From: Vicugna vicugna
Lineage: Eukaryota
Length of the DNA stretch: 64,000 nt
Direction of reading: 5' to 3'
Assembly: GCA_013265495.1 (NCBI GenBank)
Contig: MU057865.1
Span: forward strand, 310,001-374,000
Shown: piece by piece, positions 1-14,740 of the stretch
Layout: the number at the start of each line of letters is the position of its first letter
Numbering within the stretch: position 1 is the stretch's first letter
Notes under the pieces: model-generated
Told to the model about the DNA's origin: nothing
Databases searched by the model: none
What the model saw: only the letters and a program-made list of their open reading frames with translations
Translations under genes and position numbers: made by a program

Positions 1-2465
1 AAATCATAGTTACTTATCCTCAAAACCCTGCTGAGTGGAATTTGGCCCTATGATGCACAGCAGTATCCCAGAAAAGCAGAGAAGAACAACCAAAACCTTA
101 AAGAGGTCAAAGAACACTATCCGCTAACTTCATAACATGCCCTGAACAGGCATGACGAGTTTTTAGGTGAGATTTCCGTCTCTCAAGTTACTGCATTAAC
201 ACCAATAAGGCTAGCTATTAGTTTTTTTTAATGCTTTCAAAGCATGTTTGTATATATGATTTCACTAAAGGATGCTTGCTCTTTGTAATGACAACACACC
301 TCTTTCTCTTTTTTTTTTTTTTACTGTCTTTTCACCTCTGTAAAATTTCTTCTGAATTCAACCTTCACACTGTATTTATCTGATCATTTCAACTCCCTTA
401 AACAGCAGACAGCTTTTAAAATCCCAAAAGGAAACTATACAAACAGCACACAAAGTAATACCCAGCAGACACAGAGAATTGTTTCTTTGTTTACTCAAAA
501 TTATTCTGTTTGCTCAAAATTATTCTCAGAGGGCATACCCCAGGCTAGGCCAAATACACCTGCATCAGTAAGGAATTAAACAGAATTTCCACAAATTTAA
601 AGAACAGAACATTTACATCCACCATATAAATTCAAAGACCAACAGGAAAATCAGAGACGGTTATCAATTTAAAGGAGAATCTGAATGTCATTAAATCCTT
701 TTCTTCAGTGAAGTTCTTAAAAAAATAAAACACGTGCTTTAAACGTGCCATTCTCCACTGGAGATAAGCTTGAGGAGCTAAATGAATTATTTAATTACTA
801 TTCACACAGTGGACCAGACTGACAGGTAAATGCTAAGCAGTGTCACCTTATGCCAATGAACAAACCAAAGAGATTACTTAACCCAGACTAAAGTTAAAGA
901 GAAAAGACAGTGATAATCAAAATGAGCTTTGAAAATACTCACCTCTATATTCTGTCCTTTGGGGACAATACATAAGAGTAAGCAATCTTTGCCTCAAACC
1001 CTCTGCCATCCAACACCAGGCCCCCACATCTCTTTAAATTAAAGCAACAGTAGTTCAAACTGTTTTACATACTTGCTACGTACGTATGGTTTTACATACA
1101 GTATATTTTACATACATACTTCTGTAGACTAGTTCTTAGAAATATAAATCTGCAGCTTAAAAATAGTGTGAAAACTGCCCAAGATATTCTAGAAATGAAG
1201 GAAAGATCTGGTCAGACATCAAAAGGCTGTGTATTTGGAATACCATTTTGTTCTCTGCCTTCCCCACGCCCCAACTCTTAGTTAGGCTTCAATTCACCTG
1301 GCAACTTTCAAGACATTCCAAGATTCTACAGCCTGATTTTGGAAGGTCTGATCTGTATCCCCACCCCCATACATCATTGTACTAATTCTCTACGCTGATT
1401 AATGCACTCCTAAACCCTAACTTTCTAATTTTTAAGTTAGATTAGATTGTTAGTCTGATGTCTAATGTCTCTCTCTAGAGCCATTTCAAATCCTTCGTGG
1501 GATTAATAGAATATAAATTTTTAAAAAATTTAAAGCACTTGCCTGCAGAATAATATTTACACATATAACTTAGAAATATGCAGCATTTCACACCTAAAGA
1601 TGAAAATTTTACCCTGAGTGTAGCTAAAGAAAGTACAGGTTTCCCTCACCACAAGCTCTCTTTTATAGGACAGGATAGGATAGAATAGATTCTGATGAAC
1701 TTGGATGAATTCCTCATTATTCAAACTCTCACAACTATCAGAAAGTCAGAAACCAGATTTACATAACTTGGAATCTCATACTACTCAAAAATATTTCTGA
1801 ACCAAGGAAATGCAAAAAATTTAGATAGCAAGAAATCCTTTTATGGTATAATTTATTTTCTGCACAGTGTACAGAATCTTCCTTTAAGTTAAGTCCTTAA
1901 GGGAAAAAGTGGCTGTGAAAGTTTGCTTTTATTTATTACAGGAATGTAATTTTTGTTTTTATGAACTGGTAAAAAATTTCACTCAAGTAGTAAGGAGCAG
2001 ATGTACAAAATCTGCAAACATTTCCCCTAAGCCCAAAGAGTATATTTAAAATAAGACAAAAGCTTATCCTTATAAAACTTCATCCAACATGAGGTATTTT
2101 CTCAATCTCTTTTCTACATAGCTGTTTTAAACCTTTTAATTAAAATTAAAAAGCCATTCTAATTATTTTAGAGTACTTAGTTTATTAGTTTCACAGTTTA
2201 AAAATATACATATTAAAAAACTCCAACTTTGAGAGAGCACATATGAAAGTTTTTATATTTGTGAAAATACACAAAACATAAACAATGTTGAGAAGAGTCA
2301 GCAAATGAGAGGAAGAGGAGAAAGATACTAACTTCCCTACAACTCAGAATTGGCTTTTGCTCTAATTTCCTTTGTTGCCAAGACATGGAACAAAACCACC
2401 GTACAATTTCTCTTACCAAGAAAAGTGGAATTCACCATAAATGTTGACTTCCTAGATCAAAATTT

Positions 2466-2620
2466 GTGGTTCTCTGCCTTTTTTGGGGGGCCACAAACCA
2501 TCTTAAAAATCTAATAAAGGCTTTGAGCTCTGTACCTGTAACAATGTGCAAGACACAGACAATTCTGCATACAATTTCAGGGTTTTATAGGTTTCCTGGA
2601 TACAGTTAAGGAATTTCGGT
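2466..2620 (+). mobile_element. hAT-Charlie MITE remnant (MER103-like)
   Basis: Resembles recalled consensus, e.g. ...TGCATACAATTTCAGGG... with degenerate ends GGTTCT/GTTAAG. Confidence 0.55.
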
Positions 2621-3771
2621 GCACTGTTTGAGGTGTAATGATGATACTGTGGTATGTTACATATACACAGAAATATTTAAGTTAAGATGATACGATATTT
2701 GGAATTGGCTTCAAAATAACACTGGTTACAGATGAAAGATGGCCTTGAGTTAGTAACTGACGAAGCTAGGTGATGGGGCCTTGCAAGTTCATTACATGAT
2801 TGTACTTTTACAGATTTGACAATTTTCCAGAATAGCAAGTCTATATACATTATTATACACACTCGTGTGTGTATATCTAGCCACAAAATGACTACTCAAG
2901 AAACTACATCATTAAAATAGTCGGTTTCAGTGTAGCCAAATCATCAGAGCTCAGGCTTCTGACCTCTCTGGAAAACTTTTCCCAGCTTGCCGGGCCAACC
3001 TTGGTAAAGGATTGTATCCTCAACAGCTGAGCATGGGAGTCCCTAAGGCCACACCCCGCCTTCCATAAACACCACGGGCATAGACTTCTTCCTTGTGAGG
3101 CACACGGCCTGTATTCTGAACCAAGCCCCCCAGCCGACTGAACACTACTCATAGATCAAACACTGAAACTGCACACCACACAATTTATCAAACAAGAAGT
3201 GTCAAGAGATTATATTAAGGACACACAATACTATTCTGGAAAAACAGGAACCTCATGTTCATTGCATTTACCTCAAATACCAACAATGGCTGCTAATGTG
3301 CCATCAATAACCAAGAACTTAAAAAAAAAAATCCATATTTAAGATAAACATCTGATCCAAACAGATGACTGTAAAGATCTGAGCTCCAAACATCAGCCTA
3401 GACAACTTCTTAGACTATCCGGAAGAGTTTCTGTGTTCAAGGGCACAGGATGTCCATGCAAACTTAAAGATGCTACATATCTGTTTTTGGTTTGGGTCAT
3501 TTTGTGTATCAGTCAAGTTCTTAGGAAAACATGTCAATATACTCCATACAAACATAAATTCACGCCCACCTCAACTGCAGTTACAATACTGCTGTGTATA
3601 CTCCTTTCTGAGTAGGTCTCTGCTTTAAACTATTCAATCAATGCTCATAGGTAATAAAATAAAGAACTGGAAAAAAAAATTCCTCTGTAATCCCCACCAA
3701 ATACTACTTTCAACACCTACAAAGAAATGAGATAATGGTCTGGAACCCACCATATGCAAGAAAACAACTTA

Positions 3772-4002
<231 letters not shown>

Positions 4003-4553
4003 TTAAGGAAATACACAATAAATACTAAGAAGAGCTTATGGTTATGACTCAGTGCTCAGTAACTGTATGCTACCTGAACATTTTCCTATAAATGAAATTA
4101 AAGTCACTGTTTCACTTACTAAAGGTCTTCTAAAATCCTAACATATCTAAGACCATCCCTATCCTTTTCAACATATTTCTCCCTTTTAGGCTTATTTTTA
4201 AACCCTGTTGTCAACTCTTCGTCTACCTTCTAGATGTCACCAGCTTCCTAAGCATTAGTTTCATCTTATTAAGTTCAAGCTGGCCACTAATCCCTCCATT
4301 CTTTCAACAGCATTTACTGCATTAGGCATAGAGGCCCAGAAATGAAAGACAAGATAAACAGTACAGTGTTACAAGAAAATGTTAAGACCTTGCACTGGGG
4401 GGGAAATTATCTTTTAACTGCACATTCTTTTTGTGTGCTTTCTTTTTGTTTTTTCTTTAAGTACATAGATGTATTATCTGATCACTTCTTTAAATTAAGA
4501 AACACAGCATTTTAAGTCATAAAAGATATATGTAAGATTATAAAAGAGGTGGG

Positions 4554-4634
4554 GGTGGATATGGCTCAGTGGTAGAGCACATGCTTAGCATGCACGAGGT
4601 CCAGGGTTCAATCCCCAGTACCTCCTCTAAAAAA
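4554..4634 (+). mobile_element. tRNA-Ala-derived SINE (Vic-1-like), copy 1 of tandem pair
   Basis: A box TGGCTCAGTGG, tRNA-Ala(AGC)-like body GCTTAGCATGCACGAGG, B box GGTTCAATCC, A-tail. Confidence 0.88.
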
Positions 4635-4641
4635 GGGTGGG

Positions 4642-4738
4642 GGGAGTGGGGAGTAGCTGAAAGGTAGAGTGCATGCTTAGCATGTACGAGGACTTGGGTT
4701 CAATCCCCAGTACCAGCACCTCCATTAAAAAAAATTAA
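4642..4738 (+). mobile_element. tRNA-Ala-derived SINE (Vic-1-like), copy 2 of tandem pair
   Basis: Same body (GGTAGAGTGCATGCTTAGCATG...GGTTCAATCCCCAG) followed by an A-rich tail. Confidence 0.88.
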
Positions 4739-6639
4739 AAAAGAGGTGGGAACACTGCTTGGACATCAAGATTACATCATCTATTGTACTAGGCATTTTA
4801 TGCTTTCTTACTTACTTGTCACCATATTATCATTTTATAAATGATGAAGCAGAGACTCAGAGATCACGTTTATGATCCAGGATCACAAAGCAAGAAACAG
4901 AGCTGAGAATAAAAACCAGGACAGAAGAGGCCAAAGCCAATGTTCTTCTCACTATAGAAAGATACGTCAAAAGGTCTCAGCAGCACGGTTTGTGTTACGT
5001 GATACTTCGGCAGGAGTACAAGAACGTAATGGAGCGGATGGACTGAAAGCAAGATCAGCTGGAAGAATTTTAGTCAAAATTAAAAGGAAAAAGGTAAACT
5101 AAAGCTAGGACAGTGTGGGGCAAAAAAAGGAATATGGATCAAAGATATTCAGCAGGCTGATTCAAGATAACTTATGAATGATTAAGCAGAGAAGGTGAGA
5201 GAGGGGTGTCTGCACGACTCATTTTCTGTCTTAACCAATTCGATGAATGATGCTAACAATCACCAAAATAGGGAGAGAGAAGATTAGAGTTAGAAGGGAA
5301 AGCCAATGATGTGCTCGATTTTGGACTAGTTGCTTTTAAAGTGCTTTGGGACATCCAAAGTGGCCACGTCTTACGGGCAGTTTGATATTTAATTATGGAA
5401 CTAAGAAAAGAGACATCAAAGTGCAAGTTGTTATTAAAACCATAGAAATAGATGAAAAGGCCTGGGGAGAAGAAACAGAATTTTCAAAGTTACTATTTTC
5501 TGAGTACATGAGTCTAAACTGACACTTCCTGCGCTCCCCAAAACCAGTTTCAGAAGCTAAAAGATGGTTAGTACTGAATTTTGCCCAACTTCTAATTTAT
5601 GTTTTATGTTTGCCTCAAAATACTCAGTGCATCTGTTAATAATGGACCAGCTTTTTAAAAAATTTTTTCTTCTTTCCTTCTACTGCTCAAAAGTTTCCAA
5701 AAAATGCACTCATATGTCCAAGACATACTGAGAGGAATGAGACTAAAGGAAAGCCCTCTACCAGACTGATGGCAATACAGGTCCTGTTTAAGTATCTATT
5801 GGTGTGCTGGAAAACTTACTTTAAATGGGTGTGTAAAGTATTACACAAAGGTACAGTTTGGTTATTGACACGTTATTTTTACCACCACCACAAAATGAAC
5901 AGTGAAGGATTTTTCGGAGTCTGAAGTAAGTAACTTCTGAAAATAAAAGGCAACAATCATTCAAAGGTGCATCTGACAACTTAGAAAATGAATTTACCAC
6001 AGATCTGCAGCCCTTTGCCTGAGGTGCATTTGTTAAATATTGACCAAAACATTTAATGAATGATGTTGGGATTAATCATTTGTGATAGTTTTCACACATG
6101 AAAATCTATCTATAAGAATGCCTTCCTATGCGCATAATTTTCAACTTGGTCCTACCTGTTCCCCATCTGAGTTCCCTTATTCTCCTTCTCAAAACGTCTT
6201 GTCCTGGACCCTGACTTCAACTGTGAGGCCTCAAGATTTTCCTGCAAGCCTCTCTTTTCCCTTCTCATACAGTCTGGTTCCTTTGCAGCTGGAACCCTCC
6301 TCATCTCAGACTCACTCCCAACTTCCCTGGCCAAAGGACGCTAGACTGTCGTTAAGATTCAACCTGAGCGTCTACCACCTCCCGTGCTTTTATTTTAGTA
6401 CATCCCTCTGCTCGTCTTATCCTCAATTACCTTACCTGCCGGCGTCTACCTCTCCATTATTCCTGCAGGCTCCAAGTCCACCTTCCAGCCCAGTTTTAAA
6501 TAAAATAAGATCTGCCAATGATTAATAGTGGGACGAAGATTGTACCCAGACTTGTTTTCTTTATCTGTAAGACGAGCCGGAATGACCCCTCAAAAAGGCA
6601 GCTGGGAACAGCAACAGCTTTCGAAGTAAAGCCCCTTGG

Positions 6640-7220
<581 letters not shown>

Positions 7221-7483
7221 CTGTGTTCTTCCTGTATTAACGGGTACTTGTTTATTTATTTATTTTTTAATGTTTAAGAAAAACTGTCACTTGAGCCTGA
7301 GCTGTTTCTAAAATCAACCCAAAATGAAATTCAAAGAGGACTGTAACAACTTTCGCTGGCTGCAGGTTAACCAGGGAACAGTCACAAGAATTAGAATTTT
7401 TACCGAGTTGAAATTTCCGAAAATTGTTGATTTAATCAGATATTTACGATAACTCCAGAAAAGATTGCGTCTTTCTCTTCTAA

Positions 7484-7743
7484 ACTTGTGGTTGCTGCGG
7501 GGAGGAGGGAGGGAAGGGCAGACTGAGAGTTGGAGATTTGCAAATTCTGACAGGTATATATAGAATAGATCAACAAGTTTATACTGTATAGCACAGGGAA
7601 GTATATACAAGATCTTGTAGTAGCTCACGGTGAAAAAGAATATGAAAATGAATATTTATATTCATGTATGACCGAAAATTTGTGCTGTACACCAGAAATT
7701 GACACAACATTGTAAACTGATTATACTTCAATTTAAAAAAAAA
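7484..7743 (+). mobile_element. 5'-truncated L1 3' end (cetartiodactyl/camelid type)
   Basis: CTGTATAGCACAGGGAA...GCTGTACACCAGAAATTGACACAACATTGTAAACTGA...TTCAAT followed by poly(A). Similar to other copies in the window. Confidence 0.85.
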
Positions 7744-8499
7744 GAGTGAAGAAAGGACTAGACAAAGACAAAAGAAACCTGGGTTCCAGTTTTGAAGTTA
7801 CTGATATATATGCTACTTTGGACAAAGACCCAATATACCTTTTAAGATCTAACCTAGAACCTAGAAATATCTAGTTACAACTTCAGAACTCAGATTTCTG
7901 AGCCCTGTGAACTATGACAGTACTTACTTGTACATTTAATTGTATCTAAAATTGTAATCTTCATTTCCACCTAGATCCAAAACTCTTTGAAAGCAAGAAT
8001 AGTGTGCAGTATATTTCTGTATCTGACCCCTTAGTGCCTAATACATTGCTGAGTTTAATAACTTCTATTTATTATTATTAGTGATACTGAATAAAATTCT
8101 TTATTTTTCATGTGTTTATTTTCAGGTGCCTCATTGTAAGAGGGCCATTACAAAAGTTATATAAGTTATTATGCTAATTAGAAAAAAAAAGCTTTCAAGG
8201 TAAGATTGAAAGGACTGCTCTTTAACCTGGAAAGGCAGAAAATGGCTAATGCACAATGTTTTGTCCAAGTAAGTTCTCAAAAATATTTGTGAAAGCAAAC
8301 TAGGGAAAAACATGATAGTTATTCTCCTAAAAGTTACAGTTCCGATAAAAAGAAAGCAGACTTGTTCCAAGTATAACTACCACCAATGGTTGGAACTTGC
8401 AGGAAATGTAATTTCATCAAACAATAAGAACTGAACTTTCTAATCATCAGAGCTTCTAACAGTAAAATAGTTACAAGTTCTCTGTCTATGAGACAATTC

Positions 8500-8790
8500 T
8501 GATACAGGAAAATAAATGCAGGGCAAGAGGAAGGCCATGTCCCAGATCTCATTTGCATCCCTGGGATGGGCCCCACCAACTGTGGGTCCTTGACTTCACT
8601 CAGGAAAGAATTCAAGAGCGAGCCACTGTTGAGTAAAGGCAGATTTATTTAGAGAGATTCATACTCCTCAGAAGGCAGGCTGTTTCAGAAGGCAAGAGAA
8701 GGGCCATGAAGTGCGGGGATTGGGTGCTTAGTTTGAAGTAAAAGTAGATACACAATCCATAGAGCGTGGTCAGTCTCACTCAGAAGGGCA
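8500..8790 (-). mobile_element. Partial LTR (R/U5 end), same family as 10374-10956
   Basis: Reverse complement ends TTTTCCTGTATCA and shares GGCTCGCTCTTGAATTCTTTCCTG and AATAAATCT with the 10374 and 45674 copies. Confidence 0.85.
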
Positions 8791-10373
8791 ATTCAATCTT
8801 CTTGGCTTATTTTCTACTCAAATTACTGTGAAATCTTCATTAGTAATAAGTACCATGATGACCTTTGGCATTTACACAGCCCCCAAAGCATTTTTTGTCT
8901 AAAGTCTGTCTCTGTGTTTTTCTCATTAGCTCCTAACAGTTAAAGTCATACTAATTGACCCCAACACAGTCACAAACATGACACAGATAAAGGCATAAAA
9001 ATGAGTGTCAATACTTGGTTCTGAGATAGCCATTCATAGGATCCAGGATAGACTTACAGTAACTTTTTAAAGATAATCATCAAGAAAAAGCAACATTAAA
9101 ATGTATTATGGGGGAATCTTAGAAGACTGGACTGTATTTGTTAAAGACAGTAATGAAACAAGAAAGACTAATGTGCCAGTAAGGAGGAGGATTGTGGTAG
9201 GTCACAGAAGCATGTCAAAAGTCACAAATATAAAAACTAGCAGTGTCCTTCCTGGACCAACCGTGTGTCAGGAAGATGTTGGTTAGTAGATCAGAGTATC
9301 AGACTCAGGTTAGCAAAGTCATGAGAAGTGGAAGCCTTAAACATCTTATTCTGAAAGGAAAGAAATGATCATTTCTTTCCCATGTGAATTTTCACAACTC
9401 ATAAATGTAACACACCCTTATAATTATAGAACACAATTTGCACTGCAAGAGCTCACGTTCCCACAGATAACTGCCTGTCTGTAGGGAAGGAACTTTTATG
9501 CATAGATATTTTCTTTATGTGGTGAACTACTTTATTGACTATTTGGTCCCACATTTAATTCACCTTTGGAGTTGCAGTTTTTATTTTGTTTTTCCATTGC
9601 CATCTTGTTTCAATTTTATATTTATTCAAATAACAAATTTTAACATTGGTTGAGAAATTTGTCAATAATGATCCGTTCCCTCAAGGTTGCCCAAGATTCA
9701 TGTAGTGATAATCAGGTTTGTTTTTGTCAGTTTCTGTCACCCAGTTTATTCTCTTTAGCTCGTAATGACAAATTGCACCCATAGCTTAAAAAAGCAACCA
9801 TCTATTATTGGAATCCATCACAATAAAATGACTATGATAGTATGTCATTAAAATAATCTCATAACTGTTTTTTTTCAAATAAAAAAAATTGCCTTTACAA
9901 GTTTTCTAATAACTCCATGTGTTTTAGAACCTAATCACATGATAGAACAGACAACACTGTCAGGAAAATTGAAAGATCCTATCTCATAAGCCAAGACTTG
10001 TGTCCATTTGTCAAGTGACAATATGGGAGAAGTGGGCTTGAGAATGTCTACTAGTGACCTTGGAGTAGGAACCCACAAGGACTAGTGGTTCCATTCAGAA
10101 AGGTAATTTCTATCAGCTACAAAAGGGAAAGGATCAAAACAACACAGTTTCTGAAAAATAATACAAATATACTGTGCATATGTGCTCCTACTATGTAATA
10201 GAAGAAGCTCCTCTCTCAGTGTCAAAGTGAGGGAAAAAAAACTAATAATTAAATAAACATCACTGTCAAGAACATCAGCTCTAGAAGAGAAATGGGGCCA
10301 TAGCTCCCCTACTATGAAGTATGATCAGGTCATGCCTAAGGAACACGGTTGTAGGTTGAGCTCTTTGTTCCTC

Positions 10374-10956
10374 TGAGACAGGAAGGGGGTGGGACACAGC
10401 CATTCAAGGAATGTTACAGCAGTTAACATCAAAATGGTGGGAGATTTGACTTCTAGTAGACCTTGAGCTTCATTATACACCCTTTGTAATATAAGCATGG
10501 TGAATAACATGCCCACAGGCGCCATGGCAGTCCCAAGGCTAGGCACAAAAGGTCACAGAGTGGGCAACGGCCAGCTTCCTGGGAACCCCAGCCCCTTCCC
10601 CAGGCTTAGACTGGTCCTCCCACTTATCAGCATATGAAGCCACTGAGCCCAAAAAACTGGTAACATTGTGCCTCTCTCTCTCTCTCCCCCAGCCCCATTC
10701 AGAGACGGCCCACACTCTGTCTATGGCATGTGTACCTAGTTTTACTCTGAGCACCCAACCCCCACACTTCGTGGCCTTTCTCTTGCCTTTCAATGTATCT
10801 CTCTGAATAAATCTACCTCTGCTCAACTGTGGCTCGCTCTTGAATTCTTTCCTGCACGAAGCCAAGGACTCACACTTGGCAGGGCACATCCCAGGGGCTC
10901 AACTGAAGCCTGGGACACAGCCGTCCTCGTGCCCCACATCCGTTTTTCCTGCATCA
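10374..10956 (+). mobile_element. Solo LTR, ERV1-class-like
   Basis: TG...CA ends, perfect 4-bp TSD CCTC (10370-10373 / 10957-10960), AATAAA at 10806-10811. Confidence 0.9.
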
Positions 10957-12751
10957 CCTCCTCACCCCCACCACTCAATAGAAGGAGTGATGTCTAGTAT
11001 GTAGATCTCGGAAAGGGGAGCTAAAAGACAGAGTGAGAAGTATCTGATTGTTAATTCTAGTCTCTTGAGACAAGATTTTAAAAGATTTTTAAAACTCTAA
11101 GCCCCATCAACTCTGGACTTTTACAAAACGTACTGGACCCTGAGAGAGGCTCCATCTTCCTCCCCTACCCTTGTCAAAAACTATTAGATCTTTGTACTGC
11201 AAGCCTGAGATTGCTCCCTCAGAGAAGCCCCCTCTCACCTCACCTTCGTCCCCAAGACTGGCTTAAGTCATCTCCCTCGAAAATCTATTCCTCCTGTATT
11301 CTTTTTCCATCGTATTCCCAGGAGTTTTTATCACAACTGTTGGGTCCATGGCTGTCTCCACCACTAGACCACAAGGTCTGCAAGGGGAGGATTTGTGTCA
11401 GTTTTATTCACCTGCTTTAGTTCCTGGCCCAGAACAGATGTGGAATAAGAAAAGTAAGAAAGAAACCTTAAAAAATTACTGTCTGCCAGACAGCACCCTA
11501 GTCCAATTCATGGATATAATTTTATTTTATTTAATTATTTCAACAAAATAGTGAAGTAGGTGCTATTGCCTGAGTTTACAGAAAGGTAACTAATGTAGGT
11601 TAGGTGATTTATGTATGATAAATAGCTAATAGATGGCAGAGCCAGGTGTGTCTGACTTCAAAATGCATAACATTTTTACCAAACTATGAGGAAATATTCC
11701 AGAGTAATTCCTAAACTTCCTTTTTGCAACAGAAAAAGAAACAATATATTAATGGCAGCGTCTCTAGCACCCTCAGTGTTACTTAGCACTGCCACAATCC
11801 CTCTGCCTCTCGGTAGGTTACATTCTCAGGCAGACACCTTGACTCTTTGCAGAATAATCCATGGAGGGAGGAGATTTTGATACGCTCAGCATCTTTCCAG
11901 GTCGTCCATTTATTTAACAAACATTAACTAAGTGCTTAAAATGCACCATGAACCACACCAAGCACCGGATGAGACATCAACCTCTCCAGTCTCACCAGGG
12001 GAAAAATAGCGTACCCCATCTGCACGTGGGGCCACCTCTGGCGTCCCTCCGTGTGTGTTTCCTATGTCGTCATGCAACCTGTCCTATAATATTACAGGCC
12101 ACAGGGAGCTTTATTTCACCTGTTCCGTAAGTATTGTGGGATGATAGTGACTCCAGACGTTTCTGAGACGTCCCCATTGTTAGAAAACCCATGGCAGTGA
12201 ATGCGTCCTCAGCCCACAGTATGTCTGATCCGCAGTTCTGGTCTGTGTCCATTCTCTCCTCTCGCTTCTGCGTGCTCCACGGGGCAGAGTGCTGCCGTTA
12301 TTTTGGGCAGTTCTCATTGCCTTGCATGTATGCGTTTGTATCTGAGCATGAATATTTAATCCCAGAAAGGTTGTTGACCCGACACACAAACTTGCCTCTC
12401 TGAGATGGAAGGAAGAGGAGCAGTCGGAATCTTAAGTCCACAGACGGTAATTAGTGACACAAATAACTCCTCGTCATCCCTGGAGTCATTCTAAGTCACT
12501 TTGCCACCTACTCAGATTCTGTAAATGAACAGGGAGAGAGTGGCAGAGCCCCTCACTGTGTTGTAGGGATTTCTCTTTTAATGAGAAACAAAACAAAATG
12601 CGTAAGGAAACACTAAAAGAAACCCCGGCATGAAAAAGAGAGGAGGGGGTTGGGAGGGGGAAGGAGACTTTTTGCTTGAGAATCTGCTTGGGTTTGAGCT
12701 GTGCATCAGCGTAAGAGTTTTAGAAGCTAATACTCTTTCCAGAAAGAGAAA

Positions 12752-13269
12752 TGAGAGAACGTGAGAACTGAAACACTTGGACCTCCGTCTTCTCGGAGAA
12801 ACCTGGTCTACCTATGGTGTGAAGGAGACACCTTGTCTCTCCTTCTGTCTTAAAGACGGTTGGGGGAGGTCAGTGAGAGGATGTGACCCCTGGCTGGTGC
12901 GCAAGCTGGACCCGGGCAGTGGGCGGCTCCTCACCCCCTCCCCGATTGCCCTTGGAATGAACCCTCTGCCCACCGTTCCCTCAGTGGGAGCCAGGTTCAA
13001 GGACATCCTTGAAAGAGCACTGGACCATGTTATGTGATTGAACCCATTAAGGCCTCTGTATAAACTCTTAAGATGCTGGCAGGCAAGGTGGGATCTACTC
13101 ATCTTGCGTCGCCCAAGACAACCCTCACGTGTAAGTTCCCTTCTTCTTAACACCACCACCACCTACCAAAATCTGTCCCCCCCCCACTTGTTTTTGGCCT
13201 TTCCTTGCCCTCTGTGTACACAGTCAGTTTCAGATTATACTCAGAAGCTCCTGAGTTTGCAAAACAACA
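12752..13269 (+). mobile_element. Solo LTR, ERVL-like (MER74/MER73-type)
   Basis: TG...CA ends with a near 5-bp TSD (AGAAA/AGACA). TATA-like TATAAA at ~13059. Body resembles recalled ERVL LTRs. Confidence 0.65.
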
Positions 13270-13507
13270 AGACAAAACAGCACAGAAGTGCTGTTCTATA
13301 CCAAGCTCTTTATGGGCATTAAGAAGAAACAGAGACTTCCCAGGACCTGATGGACTATTTAGAATCAGAGCTAAGTTCCAGTTGTTTTGTGAAATTGTTA
13401 TTTTCTGTTTGTCTCTCAGTGTTTGCTTGAGCATATCAATTCTGCATAATATCCTTTCTCTTATTGTATATTCAGATTGTGCCTTTATCTTCACCCAGGA
13501 GTGGCGG

Positions 13508-14140
13508 AATTGATTCTTGTTATTCATAGTAGTTATGATCTATCAAATCACAGTGCACTGAATTAGTGAATAACGAAACATTGCTGATAGTGGAAGTAGA
13601 AGGTTATGTTCCTGTGAGCCTCTGGTCACAACATTTTTATCAAACAATGAATATGTAACGTTATTTTATCTATTTTTCTGTTTAAAGTCCTCTTATTTAA
13701 TATAGATCGTTGATGTGTTGACATTCAATTCATGAGCAACAGCGCTGTAACTCATGCCCGGTTGAAACTTACATAATACAGGTATTTTCTCCCCGAGGCA
13801 CATCACATTCTTCTCGCACTTAGGAACACTAGGCAGCACTTCAGCACTACATTTGGGGGTCATTTTCAACAGCAAAACCACCAATAAAAAGCACAACAAA
13901 GCAGATAAATAGGCTGCAAAAACCACACGTTTACAGCAAGAGAGCTGAAACAGGAAGGGAGACCATTGCCTTATTTGATCTCCGCTGGGGTCATGTATGT
14001 TGAGCCACTGACATTTTTTTTTTTTTTACTGCTCTGTGCATGTCTGTGAATGGCTCCAAGTCCTGATTTGGGGAATACAGTAAATTTTAGTGAGCCAGTG
14101 AATTTGCAGATGTAGAATCTGTGAATAATGAATCAACTGT
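13508..14140 (+). mobile_element. TcMar-Tigger non-autonomous element (MER82-like)
   Basis: Terminal inverted repeats TTGATTCTTGTTATTCA / TGAATAATGAATCAACTG. The minus strand carries a Tigger transposase N-terminal relic (ORF 13693-13926). Confidence 0.8.
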
Positions 14141-14740
14141 ATTTGTTCTCAGAACAACGAGCTTTTCTAGACCACTGTGCATATGATTCACCAAATGAAG
14201 ATTCTATTTCAGTAGGTGTGGATGGTGGGGCCTGAGACACTTCACTTCTGCTTTTTTCTGGGGGGGTGGGGAGACTTCACTTCTAATAAGTGAGGCTAAG
14301 TCTGTTTTTCACCAAGGTCATACTGATAATTGTAAAGTTGGAACTTGAGTACGGTGTTCCAGAAGACTTCACAAAGGAGATGGACCTCTGATGCTAACAG
14401 GCACCGAATTAAATTTATGGTTAGGGCTTTCTGGAAGAGCCTAAGACCTGGTGAGAAACACTAAAACATTCAGACTTCGCTGTAAAGATAATGTAGAAAA
14501 AAAAAATGTGCTTCAACAAAGAACTACGCAGGTTTTATGAGTCTAGTCTTTTATAGTCTTTGACCTACTTTACCATTTTGTAAATTACAGGCAACTAATA
14601 GCAATGCAAAATAATTCCTACAGACAAATCCAGATTGATTTCCCTCCGCCACCCTTGGAAAAAACCAGTTTTCTCTTAATTTGCATATTCATGTCAATAG
14701 TCCTCATCTAAAAATGTCAGGAGTATTTTTTGAATTCTCT

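Noticed and set aside
488..525. 19-bp tandem duplication (similar short ones at ~19294, ~31030, ~32370)
   Set aside because: Ordinary slippage duplications with no spacers, so not CRISPR-like.
4554..4626. tRNA-Ala(AGC) gene
   Set aside because: Mismatches in the acceptor, anticodon and T stems, an A-tail, a TSD and several dispersed copies indicate a SINE.
6082..6525. 147-aa antisense ORF in intron 1
   Set aside because: S/P/L-rich product of pyrimidine-rich DNA with a GTG start and no recognisable domain.
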